A stretch of DNA of 64,000 nt from Pseudogymnoascus verrucosus (taxonomy: Eukaryota): NCBI GenBank assembly GCA_001662655.1, contig KV460213.1. One strand, given 5' to 3'. Positions 23,881 through 35,982 of this stretch are shown here, in pieces. The notes under the pieces were generated by a model. The model was not told the origin of the DNA. It saw nothing but the letters and a program-made list of their open reading frames with translations, and searched no databases. Every line of letters begins with the position of its first letter. The stretch's first letter is position 1. The translations under genes and the position numbers were made by a program.

Positions 23881-25715
23881 ATGCGGATCGCTTGTCTACA
23901 ATTTGCGCCTCAGCTTGGAGATGTCGACCAAAACCTCAATCGAGCAGATGCTGTCTTAAGCAAGGCGAACCCAAAGAATATCGACCTTCTCGTGTTGCCA
24001 GAGTTAGCGTTCTCCGGTTAGTCAACGTTCTCTTCTATATTTCAGCCTTGCGGATTGAGCCTACTTGATTATAAACTGACTGTTTATAGGCTATAACTTT
24101 AAATCATTAAAAGATATAGCCCCCTTCCTTGAACCGACAGCAGCTGGCATTAGTTCTCTATGGGCAAGGACAACAGCCTTAAAATACGACTGTGTGGTGA
24201 CTGTTGGATACCCAGAGAAGGTGGACATAACACCAAAATGGCCAGCGTAAGTTATTCGAGTGTTAGAAACCAACCGTAACAATTTGACTAACCGTCACTC
24301 ACTCAGGTCTCCAGAATACTACAGCTCTGCAATTACAGTGAACAAGGAAGGGGAAACAATCGCAAACTATAGGAAGTCGTTCCTGTATTATACAGATGAA
24401 ACATGGGCGTTAGAAGGACCTGATGGATTTTATGATGGCGTGGTTGAAGGACTTGGGAACGTCGCTATGGGGATATGTAAGTGGCCAACCAAATCATTTG
24501 AACGTGAGTTCTAAGAAGCTGTTTATGAATATATGTGCTAACTATGTTTAAACCAGGCATGGATCTGAAGTAAGTTGAGAAGTTAAGACACGTCGATTCT
24601 CCTAACACATTTACAGTCCTTATAAGTTTGAAGCACCATGGAGCGCTTGGGAATTTGCGTATCACATTTTACACCGGCAAGCTAACATTGCTATTATCGC
24701 CATGGCCTGGGTAACAAGAGAAGATGCAAGATCATACAGCAGAACCCCGAAAGAGCCGGACATGGAAACACTTGCATACTGGGTGGCGAGGCTAGAGCCC
24801 CTAATCCGGTGCGAGGACGATGGCGAGATTATTATAGTGCTAGCGAATCGCACCGGTGTCGAAGGCGATGCTGTATACGCTGGTACTAGCGCTGTTCTTG
24901 GGATTCAAAGTGGCGAGGTAAAACTATATGGTGTCCTTGGCCGTGGAGAACGTGAGCTTCTTGTGGTCGATACTTCCAATAGACCACAAGCAAAGCTTGT
25001 TAGTGATCCCTCTATTCCAGCACGCACCAGAGGGCCAGCTGGACCACTGAGTGGAGGGACCAGCATGCTTGGTGAACACCGGAACGAGTCCTGTGACTCA
25101 CGTGCGTCCAAAGGAATTCAGAGCTCCTTCGATCCACTGATAGAACCCGAGGACATTCAACCCAGCATTGACGAGATTCTTGCAGGGGGTATTTCAATGT
25201 CGCCAGTCGAACCTCTTTCCGCTCACGTTTTCTTCGGCTCCAACCCAACGAAACCAGTAGATAGGCATCCATTGAAATCGACAGCAGCAGAAAATATGCC
25301 AGATGGGTCACAAATCTTGAAGTCGAGTAAAGATGAGACCTATCAGGCCCTCAAATCCGCCGTGAACGGCATAAACCGCAAAGATAGCTCGACACCTTCT
25401 CCTGAAGCTGATCGCTTTGAACGCCCCTCAAGCCCGAAATCACGCAATGCGAGTAGAACACGACAGGCGGTGCACCAAGAGCAAGCGCTATACACGCATG
25501 ATCTTGCAGGCGTGGAACTACAGACGAAACGTGCAACCAGCAGGAATGGGATGGGAGGCGTCGAGATGACCAGAGGGCCTGTACCTGGACAGGCGCTGAA
25601 TTCTTCGAGCCATGCTATGGATATCATTTCAGGCAGTGACCATGAAGGCACAGAAAGTCTGGTCCCTCCCGTAGCATCCGAGATTGGCCTACGGCCCAAG
25701 AGTACTGGGTGGTGA
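23881..25715 (+). CDS. NTA1: Protein N-terminal Asn/Gln amidase (nitrilase superfamily)
   Basis: MRIACLQFAPQLGDV...LLVLPELAFSGYNF...NYRKSFLYYTDETWA...GICMDLNPYKFEAPW. The E-K-C triad is present. Multi-exon, with a disordered C-terminus. Confidence 0.92.
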
Positions 25716-26275
25716 TATTGGTTATTTACGACACAGCGGGACATTATTTGCATCTGATGCCAGCCTTTTGCATGCTGATCCTCTAATGATGAGTTTGGAG
25801 CATGGAGTATTAGTTTGGTACGCCAAATAGCACAATGTGGTAAGGGTTTACAGGGGCTGCATTGACATGGTTCTTGATCTCGTACGGGCTGGGGAAGGGT
25901 AACAAGGAATTTATCACTACAAGGAGAATACTTTCATTATTGATTTCCAAGCAATAGTTGCTCTAGGGGCTTTGTTTTGTGGTGGAGGTGGAACGTATGA
26001 ATAGTAGAACGAGACAGGCTTCCCTGCCTTAGGAGTCTCCCGTAGCCGTCCAGGAATCAATGATGCATCACTTCCATCCTCGCATGCTTTAACTTTTTTA
26101 TTTAATGATCTCACATATGCATGTCACGTAGCATAGTTCTGTGCCTCAAGTAACCGGGCTCTTATTCCTTTATGGTATGGCTCAGTCATTTCGTCCCATG
26201 CAATGCAAATGACCCCAGACCTACCACAGACCCCAAGCAAAACCCAAGTATAACCGAGTCGACGACGCAATGTAA

Positions 26276-26948
26276 CTAAATAAACGTCTCGTAGGCACTG
26301 GAAATAGTTAGACATTTGAAGAAACAAGTCCCAAAAGAGATTGACATACACTGGGACGACAGTTTCTGGGATGTTGTCCTTGCATGAAATCGTCCTTGCC
26401 TCACGGGGCATCGCCGGCTGCCTCTTCAAGTGGACGTGGGTGCCGTCGGCCTTTGACTTCTTCTTGAGCTCGGCGTTGGCCTTGACGCGGCGGACGAACT
26501 CTTCTCTCGAACGGGAAAGAGACACATGCTCGATGCGCAGGTTGACGCGCTTCTCGATATAACGGTGCTTGACCTTCTTGTAGATGATAACTCCGACGGC
26601 GCTCTTGGTAACGTTGTACACAACACCGGTCTTTCCGTGGTAAACCTTGTGTGGCATACTATTTGTGAGTTAGAAACAAATTCTCGCCCTGTACGGTCCC
26701 TCTGGCCCATATTGTTCCCCCGAATGCCAATGCCACTCACCCCTTTTGAACAGCACCGTTGGCCTTGATATCCACGATGTCTCCGACTTTGTATTGTCTC
26801 AAGTATGTGGACAGCTTGATCATTCCCTGGCCAGAATATTAGTATCGCATCGTTCTATATTTATCGAGCTGTTGAATCGCACCTTCTTCTTGAAGTCACG
26901 GCTGAACGCATAGCGCGTGCCAGCTCTAAGACCAGCTGGATGACCCAT
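26276..26948 (-). CDS. RPL21: 60S ribosomal protein eL21
   Basis: [23 protein letters not shown]...[17 protein letters not shown]...RIEHV...AYETFI*; three introns. Confidence 0.97.
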
Positions 26949-27209
26949 TTTGACGGCGTTACTGAAGGGGTTGTCGTGGGTTTGGTCGGAATTGTCGCTG
27001 TCGCTGGAACCGTTGGTGATGCTGTTTCTCGAATTCACAAGACTCTTTGGGTGGGCGAAAACCCTGGGTCTTAGCCCGAACGGGTTAGGGCCACTAAAAT
27101 CGCACACTCAATTAAGCGAGGATCCACCAATTTCTACGAACGTTCAACAATCCCAGAGCGAACGTGAATTGAGAAGTGTCAACCAACTTTTTCTTCGACA
27201 AACAGCAAA
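26949..27209. promoter_or_regulatory. Bidirectional RPL21/RPS9 promoter
   Basis: 261 bp between divergent ATGs, with clustered AAAACCCT (27058), TTAGCCC (27071) and GGGTTAGGG (27082) motifs. Confidence 0.7.
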
Positions 27210-27984
27210 ATGGCGCCGTAAGTTCTCTTGCTTGCCTCAATCATTCCCAGATTGCCATAAAGATCTGAAGCTGACATGGAACAATAGACGCTCGTACTCG
27301 AAGACCTACAAGGTCCCAAGGCGTCCTTTCGAGTCTGCTCGTCTGTATGTACACTCCGGCCACTGAACATGAGCGTGCTCTGTTCATGTCGTTTGTCAAT
27401 CGACTGACCCCGTTTCAGTGACTCCGAATTGAAGACCGTTGGAGAGTATGGTCTGCGCAACAAGCGCGAGGTGTGGCGCGTGCTGCTCACCCTCTCGAAG
27501 ATCCGTCGTGCTGCCCGGTACGTGCATACTACAACGATAATTATACTGGAAGCTAATTCATCGCGATAGTCAACTTTTGACCTTGGACGAGAAGGACCCA
27601 AAGCGCCTTTTCGAGGGTAACGCTCTGATTCGCCGTCTCGTTCGCGTCGGTGTCCTCGACGAGTCCCGCATGAAGCTCGATTACGTTTTGGCCCTTAAGG
27701 TCGAGGATTTCCTGGAGCGCCGTCTTCAGACTTGCGTCTACAAGCTTGGCCTTGCCAAGTCCATTCACCACGCCCGTGTTCTCATCCGCCAAAGACACAT
27801 CCGTGTTGGCAAGCAAATCGTCAACGTTCCATCTTTCGTTGTCCGCCTCGACTCCCAGAAGCACATCGATTTCGCTTTGAACTCGCCATTCGGCGGTGGC
27901 CGCCCTGGCCGTGTCCGTCGCAAGAAGGCGAAGGCTGCGGAGGAGAAGAACGGTGGAGATGATGCTGAGGAGGATGAGGAGTAA
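27210..27984 (+). CDS. RPS9: 40S ribosomal protein uS4
   Basis: [27 protein letters not shown]...[23 protein letters not shown]...[14 protein letters not shown]; three introns. Confidence 0.97.
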
Positions 27985-28546
27985 ATCAAGACTCATGTTA
28001 TATGTGGGTTTTAGCCATTGCGCGGAACTTTAGGCACTGCTCATCTGGAATCGACTGTAATATCAGTTCGAGGAGTTAGCAAAATATCCAACGAAGGCTT
28101 CATCAAAATTCCACGTTTTCCATGGTCAGCCTAAATAGCTTCTGACCTTTTATATCTCAAGTGATTTTCCATACAACGCCAGTAGACCACCTGGCGGCGT
28201 AGACCAATATGGTGGGTGACCATGATCAGCTTTATGACGGGATTGTTCTGGTGTAAACGTATAAATTCATTGCTGCATTTGCAGACCACCTACATGTTTT
28301 TGGCGGTCATATTAACATTTTTCTATTTACTAATCCCAATCACCAGCTGCTCCAACTGTTCCTGCTTCATACAACTGTGATATGGTTCACAAATAGAGCG
28401 AAACACTTATCTAATATACACTGATAAGAGCGCCTTTCAGATTGCATTTTATTCCTGGGTGGGCTTCTTAGACTCCGAACAGCTCACCATGGCACTCCTC
28501 AACGACTGACGCTAAATATATCCAGAATTACACCCCGGCATTTAAA

Positions 28547-29971
28547 TTACAAAAGCTTATCCTTGCCTAGTAGGTGAGCCATGGGGTCGTTTGGAGCTGC
28601 CCGTTTCCGCCGATACTCGTCCATATCCTCTTCTGTCACATCGCCTTTCATCTCCTCCAATGTGCGCTTCTTCGTAGCATCTTGGCTTGCTGGGTCCTTG
28701 TTGGCTGATGCTTCCGCTTCCGACTCAGCGCGTTCCGGCCGGCCGGTTATTTTCAAGGGCGCAGCTTCTCTTTCAAGAGCCCCGCCAGTACGAAGATGAT
28801 CTGCTTCGTGGAACGCCGCCTTCCCTGCTTCGCCTGTGCAGTAGCTATTCTTGACTATTGAATGACAACAAGCATAGCCCCATTTGAAATTTGACCACCA
28901 GCTACCCCATACAGCAGCATGGTTATTAATTAAAACATCTTCCGCATATTTTGATTTTGCTACTGCTTTCGGTGCCCCTTTAAGTGCGCCGGTTTCGTCG
29001 TACTCAACAAATCTTTCGGACTCGGTAACAGCAGTGTCGCGAAGGCCTTCGGGTACAGTACTTCCTGAAGCACCGTACTTCTCCTCTAGCATCTTCTTTT
29101 GAAGCAATCGCTTCTTCTCAGCCTCTTCACGCTCCTTTCTCCTATAATATTCGCCAGAGGTGGGGTTTGCTTGGAGATGCTGCTTTGTATCGCCAGCCTT
29201 TTCTTGAGACTCCCAGGCATATTTCTGTGCCTTCTCAAACTCCGCAGCGTCGCCAGATGATCTCATAAACCCTTCCTCTGCCACGAGTGCAGCGGCAGTA
29301 TCTGCTGTTGCTCCACTATCCACCATGGACCTTGTCTTAGGGTCATATTTTGCAGAGTCTAAATCGAGGTTCAGTAAATATTTTGCGGTATCCTCTCGAA
29401 TGCGCAACTGTCTCGTCGATGTGCTTTGGTGCCTTCCCATGTCGGATTCCTCCGCGTACTTTGCGCCGTCATCAGCTCCAGTTTCTCCTTCGTCTGCTGC
29501 TTCATTTGCCACGGATTTCGTCCTCAACTCTTCTAACTGGGCATATTCCTCGATAACCGTCTTATACTCCTTCGAGTCATATCCATTCCAACGATCTCGC
29601 TTTGCATCCCAACCCAGATTGACATCTTGTATAACTTCATCGGCTTGGATGTCGAGCCCTGTCCACTTTGCGCCTTTCGCCCTTGGCCGACTAAGGCACT
29701 CCTTCGTCTTATGTGTTATAGACCCGCAGTTCTCGCATGCACCCTTCCTAAACTTTGTCGCCGCAGGGCCTAGCTTTTTGCCTCTATCATACCACTTTGA
29801 CTGGTCGGATTGCGCCTTCTGTAGCCGCTGGTGTTCGAGGTAGTCGTTCTGGTCATCTTCCCCAATGTAGAATGGCTTTTTGGAGATGAAAGACGGGATA
29901 TATTCGTTGGCTTCTTTCGAAGCAGCGGATGGCGCCGGAGGCTTAAGTGGCTGAGTTCCGGCAGGTGGCAT
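28547..29971 (-). CDS. SLU7: Pre-mRNA second-step splicing factor Slu7
   Basis: 474-aa [17 protein letters not shown], zinc knuckle [44 protein letters not shown]. Confidence 0.96.
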   Translation of the reverse strand: MPPAGTQPLKPPAPSAASKEANEYIPSFISKKPFYIGEDDQNDYLEHQRLQKAQSDQSKWYDRGKKLGPAATKFRKGACENCGSITHKTKECLSRPRAKGAKWTGLDIQADEVIQDVNLGWDAKRDRWNGYDSKEYKTVIEEYAQLEELRTKSVANEAADEGETGADDGAKYAEESDMGRHQSTSTRQLRIREDTAKYLLNLDLDSAKYDPKTRSMVDSGATADTAAALVAEEGFMRSSGDAAEFEKAQKYAWESQEKAGDTKQHLQANPTSGEYYRRKEREEAEKKRLLQKKMLEEKYGASGSTVPEGLRDTAVTESERFVEYDETGALKGAPKAVAKSKYAEDVLINNHAAVWGSWWSNFKWGYACCHSIVKNSYCTGEAGKAAFHEADHLRTGGALEREAAPLKITGRPERAESEAEASANKDPASQDATKKRTLEEMKGDVTEEDMDEYRRKRAAPNDPMAHLLGKDKLL

Positions 29972-30201
29972 TTTTAAGGAGATATGTCTGAGTCTGGGTT
30001 CAAACTGCCTCGTCGTGTATTTGTCGCCTCAAGGATCATATGGGCGTCCGACCTGGGATATAATCGGTACTTATCAGCACGTGATTTCGAGTTTCAATTG
30101 ATAAGGACGAACGCGTCGCGCCACACAAGCACATTCAATACTACAGAGCCCAGTTCAAGTATGGACTTATAACTTGATAACCTCGTTGCGAGGTTCTCGG
30201 G

Positions 30202-33200
30202 ATGGATCTGTTCAGGGTGCGACTGAACTGTATTGACCATTATCAAGCGTTCCCAACTCGATTTGACCCTCAACTCCGCCGTGATGTGGCCCCTTCTGAG
30301 ATCACCAGTGAACCAAAAGTGCCTGTCATCAGAGTCTTCGGGACTACCGAAACAGGCCAAAACGTTTGTGCCCATATACATGGCGCATTCCCATATCTCT
30401 ACATTGACTATAATGACCAGATTACATCTGATGAAGGTAAGTCCTCAGCCGCCCTGGATAAGCTAGGATAAAGTCTTATTGTGATATTAGTTGGTGCCTA
30501 CATCCACAGACTCCACCTTTCGATTGATCACGCACTTGCTGTGAGTTATCGCAGGGGCGCGTATGACCGCAGAACAAGGTTTATTGCTCGTATAACGCTG
30601 GTAAAAGGTGTTCCATTTTACGGTTATCATGTTGGATATCAGTATTACCTCAAAATCTATGCCTTAGACCCAGTGGTTATGACTCGTCTTGCCGACCTCC
30701 TCAGGCAAGGTGCTATTATGAAACGAGTGTTCCAACCCTATGAAGCGCATTTGCAATTTATCATGCAATGGATGACTGACTACAACCTATATGGTTGCGG
30801 CTATATCGACAGCCGACAGGTATACTTTAGAGGGCCAGTTCCAAAGTATGAGGAGCTAGATAAGCTATCACACCTCTGGCACGATCGTTCTATTCCTGCC
30901 GAGTTTGTGACAAGCGAAGCCAAGCTCCCGAGGGCAAGCCATTGCTCTCTCGAGGTGGATATCCTGGTCCAAGACATTCTTAATAGGCAGGAAATTTCCC
31001 AGAGACCGCTCCATCATGATTTCATTGAGCGGTCAAATCCGCTTCCACCGGATCAAAAGCTGGTCCACAGCATGTCGGAATTGTGGAGAGATGAAACCAA
31101 GCGTCGCAAAGCCAAAATGAAAGTTGCAGAACCTGGAAGCAACACATTCCCCCCTGAAGTTTTAATCTCAATGTCTGCTGGTCCCCGAAGCTCTCAGAAA
31201 GGGCGGTGGGTGCACGAGGAAGAGTACATGGAGCTGGTACATACCAGGATACAGGAAGAACGAGCCAAGAGCGATGGATGCAATATATCCTTCGACACAT
31301 ACATTAAGCCAAAGCCGGACGAGGATGATATTAATACTACTTTCCAATCTGTGGAAGACCTCTATCCCGAAAATCTTGGTCCAATTCTTGGCCTGCTGCC
31401 CGAGAAACTTCCAGTACTTCCAAAGGAAGACTTCATAGCTGGGGATATCGAAGTCGACGAGAACTGCATCTTCAACATATCCGATGATAATGAGTTCCCA
31501 TATGATTCAGATGACGGCCTCCTATGTGACATTGAACAGTCGCAGGAGAAAAAGGATAATATTATCTCACCACCCATCGTGGCGACTAGCGGTTTCAAAG
31601 CCGAGCGTACAGTTGACCACGACTCTGTGCCACTGAACAATTCGCCAAGGGTGCTCAAATCTGAGGATCTATCTTCGCCTATAGAACCGGACGATAGAGA
31701 GCATCCCATAAAGGCACGGATTTATGAGCCTAGAAGAGAGGCGACCCCTACTTCTGCTCTAGAGCTTGCTTCTTCAAACGCTACGGCTGAAGACCTGCTC
31801 CGAGATATGAAGGTGGCAACGCCACTGGGAGGAAGCAAGACAACAAGTCTTAAGCGATCAACGTCTCTCATCCCCTCTGATGAAGGGTACAACAAACGTT
31901 CTAAATTCGACTCTGCTATTGCGCCGATCCAATCGACGTCCTCAGCTGCTGAATCGCGCCCTATAGTTAACCACCAAGCACTTTCAGGGTATGATATCAT
32001 GGCAAAAAATGGAAGCTGCAATATCAGAAAATTGGGCAACATACCTTCGGAAAGAGATCAGCATAACTTACCGATGTTGCCAACTGTCAATGGCCTTTCT
32101 CATACTCTGAACCAGGGCAAAAGACTGGTGCACCGCAATGTCGACAGTGGTAAACTGGACCCCCAGCCTCTTCCAAATTCAGAGCCCATAAATCAACAAG
32201 AAATAGACACGGTGTTTAGGCGTTCACAGTACCGTTCTTCACAAGACCAAGGAGATACTTCCTTTAATGAAAACAAAAATCTGCTCGCCGTTACATCCCG
32301 TTCAATACAAACCCAACTCGAATCAGAAGCACATCGCATTGCATCCCCTAGTGAGCAACAACTTAAGCTTGTATCAAGTATAACTTGGGACTTAAGGAAC
32401 ACAAACTGGGTCGCTCAAAGTAAACCTGTCGCGGCTTTCGCCAAATCACCGCCCTTGAAAGAAACAGTCATCCCAAGCCTCCATCCACCTGTCATATATC
32501 AAGATCCTTACTATGGCAATGAGCTAGATGTACCCGAGCGACCTACAGAATGGGCAGGCAAAGAGTTTAAGCTTGAGAGTTTGACTGTCCCGTTTCTTCC
32601 AGATTTCGACAAAACAGGTAGCTCGGCTGCTAGTTTAGGGGAAAAGCCTGCAATTGTACATAACAAACTAAGTGAAAACCATGTATATGAACATCGGCAG
32701 CGACGGTGCAGACTACGAGTTTGGGAAATTGGAAGGCCACCGCCAGCATTTAACGATGTAGCGGATTGGGAACGTAGGGAGATCTTGGCGAAAGCAAAGT
32801 CAAGAGCCCTGAAGTCAAGCGGACAACCTGGCACGAAACCTGAAAACAGTTCCCACTCACAAATTGAGGGCCCGACACAGACGAATAAGCACGGGTTTCA
32901 ATATAACCAGCCACATAAAACATCAACCATGCAAAACAGTGTGCAGTATATGAGTGTAATGAGTCTCGAAGTTCATATCAATACCCGGGGAAATTTAGCC
33001 CCGAATCCACAAGAAGATGAAATACAGTGCGTGTTTTGGAATCTTCAGTTGGGTGAAGAGCATCCTGATAATCTCGGAACTGGCGGAGTTAGCCATGCAG
33101 GAATCGTTGCTGTGTCAGAGGATGGCCAAACGGCGAGGAACATAGCAAAACAAACTCCAATACAAGTTAACGAAGAGTCATCGGAGCTTGACCTCCTCGT

Positions 33201-35502
33201 TCGAATCGTCGAAATTGTAAGAACGAATGACCCGGATATTCTCACGGGCTATGAAGTTCACAATTGCTCATGGGGCTACTTGGTTGAACGAGCAAAGTTG
33301 AAGTATGAGTATGATCTCTGTGAAGAGCTTTCTCGCATGCGCACACACTCTCGTGGGTATTCCGAAAAAGACAGCGATAAATGGGGATCTAGGCATACCT
33401 CTGCGATCTCAGTGACAGGACGTCACATGATAAACATATGGCGAGCCATGCGGAATGAACTCAACCTGCTGCAATACACCATGGAGAATGTGGTATTCCA
33501 CCTGCTACATCGCCGAATTCCCCACTATGCCTGGCGAGATTTAACTATGTGGTACACCAGTGGAAAATTCGCAGACCTAGCGAAGGTCATTGAGTATTAT
33601 TTGCGTCGGGTGCAGCTTAACCTCGCAATATTGGACCAAAATGAACTTATTACAAGGACCAGTGAGCAAGCACGTTTGTTGGGCGTGGATTTTTTTTCTG
33701 TGCTTTCAAGAGGCTCGCAATTCAAGGTGGAATCTCTTATGTTCCGAATTGCTAAACCAGAAAATTTCGTATTAGTGTCTCCCAGCCGAAAACAAGTTGG
33801 TGCACAAAATGCATTGGAGTGTCTTCCACTGGTTATGGAGCCTCAGAGCGCCTTTTATACCAGCCCGTTACTGGTGCTAGACTTCCAGAGCTTGTATCCA
33901 AGTGTGATGATCGCCTACAATTATTGCTATTCGACATTCCTGGGGCGAATTGTGAACTGGCGTGGCGGGACTGGAAAAATGGGCTTCACCGAATATAAGC
34001 GACAAGATCGGTTGCTGGAGTTGTTGAAGGACTTCATCAATATCTCTCCAAATGGGATGATGTACACCAAACCCGAAATTCGAAAATCTCTGCTCGCAAA
34101 GATGCTGGGAGAAATCCTCGAGACCCGAGTCATGGTTAAGAGTGGGATGAAATTTGACGTGAACGACAAAACCACTCAAAAACTTTTAAACAATAGGCAA
34201 CTAGCGCTGAAGTTAATAGCCAACGTTACTTACGGCTACACATCGGCGTCTTTTTCAGGCCGCATGCCCTGTGTGGAAATTGCAGATAGTATTGTCCAGA
34301 CTGCACGCGAGACGCTGGAGAAGGCGATTGCCCTCGTACACTCGGTCAAGCGTTGGGGCGCAGAAGTTGTCTATGGAGATACGGATAGCATCTTCATCTA
34401 CCTCAAAGGAAGAACCAAGGACCAAGCATTTGACATTGGGAATGAGATTGCGGAAAGGGTTACAAACATGAACCCTCGACCAGTTAAGCTGAAATTTGAG
34501 AAAGTATATCTTCCCTGTGTGCTTCTGGCAAAGAAGCGATACGTCGGCTTTCAATATGAGAAAAAGGACCAACAGGAACCGAAATTCGATGCCAAAGGAA
34601 TTGAAACCGTTAGACGTGATGGCACTCCAGCTGAACAAAAAATCGAAGAGAAGGCGTTGAAGATTCTTTTCCGGTCTGCTGATCTCAGTCAAGTTAAAAG
34701 CTACTTTCAAGCACAGTGCGAGAAGATAATGACAGGCTCAGTGTCAATCCAGGATTTTTGCTTCGCGAAAGAAGTGAGACTTGGAACTTATAGCGATAAA
34801 GGGCCTCCGCCGCCTGGTGCACTTATCAGTATAAAACGCATGTTGGAAGACCACAGAGTTGAGCCCCAGCATGGTGAGCGAGTTCCATACGTAGTCATTA
34901 CTGGAGCGCCAGGCGCAAGACTAATTGATCGATGCGTCGCTCCCGAGACGTTACTACAAAGCGACCACAATGAGCTTGACTCCGAGTACTACATTTCAAA
35001 AAACTTGATTCCTCCATTGGAGCGAATATTCAGCCTTGTGGGTGCGAACGTTCGCAGTTGGTACGACGAAATGCCCAAGGTCCAACGGGTCCGGCGCGTA
35101 GATTTCGGCCCGCAACTGACCGGCCAGCCAGCGGATGTTCCATTCAATAAAAAGACATTGGAATCATACATGAAGTCGTCGTCGTGTCTCGTTTGTCGAG
35201 ACAAGCTCGAATCCAACACTGGTATCTGCCCAACATGCCTTGGAAATCGCCCATCATCTATATTGGCTTTGCAGACCAGGCTAACCGCTATGGAAAGGAA
35301 GTATCAGGAACTGGAAAGAGTCTGCCGAAGCTGCTCCAATATATCCTGGACTGATGAGGTTATTTGCGACAGCAAAGATTGCCCGGTGTTTTATTCGCGA
35401 GTGAAAGAAAAGGCGAGGCTTACGACAGAGCGGAAAGTTGCTGGGCGTCTGATGGAGAGACTGCAAGGAGATAGTGGCGGCCATGAAGACCTGGAATGGT
35501 AA
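30202..35502 (+). CDS. REV3: DNA polymerase zeta catalytic subunit
   Basis: Intron 30437-30490. B-family motifs VLDFQSLYPS, QLALKLIANVTYGY and YGDTDS; SRGSQFKVES; two C-terminal Cys clusters. Confidence 0.97.
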
Positions 35503-35982
35503 TTTGATACATACGTGCAAGGCCCTCAAGCCAAATGTGCACTCTCACAGTTTATCTTGGCATTAACAACCCCGCCAACATTCTGAGACTACAGGGCCAG
35601 TAATAATAGTACTGCGAAGTTATGCCCAGCTGATATGTAGCGCACCTTTCGAGTTAAATTATATAACTTGGGATACTTCTTGTAATTTAATCATAATACA
35701 CACAGCCTCCCCAATTTGGCGCGCGTTTAATCGTTTGAGAAGCATTTGAGACTGACGGACTAGCTCACTTAAAGCCTACCCCGCTACCCAGGTCGTTCTG
35801 AATAATGTCGCTAAACTTCATTGGTCAGCGTCGGCCGTGCACCCGCCTTGCACCCACCACCTCAACTTCAGATGACACCTTGCTGGCTGAGGAGGATCTT
35901 CCTACCCGACGTGCGTCATCGCCAACCCCACGTAACCTCTATCTGGGCTGTGCGTGTAGTCCGAGACGCCTATTGATAGACC

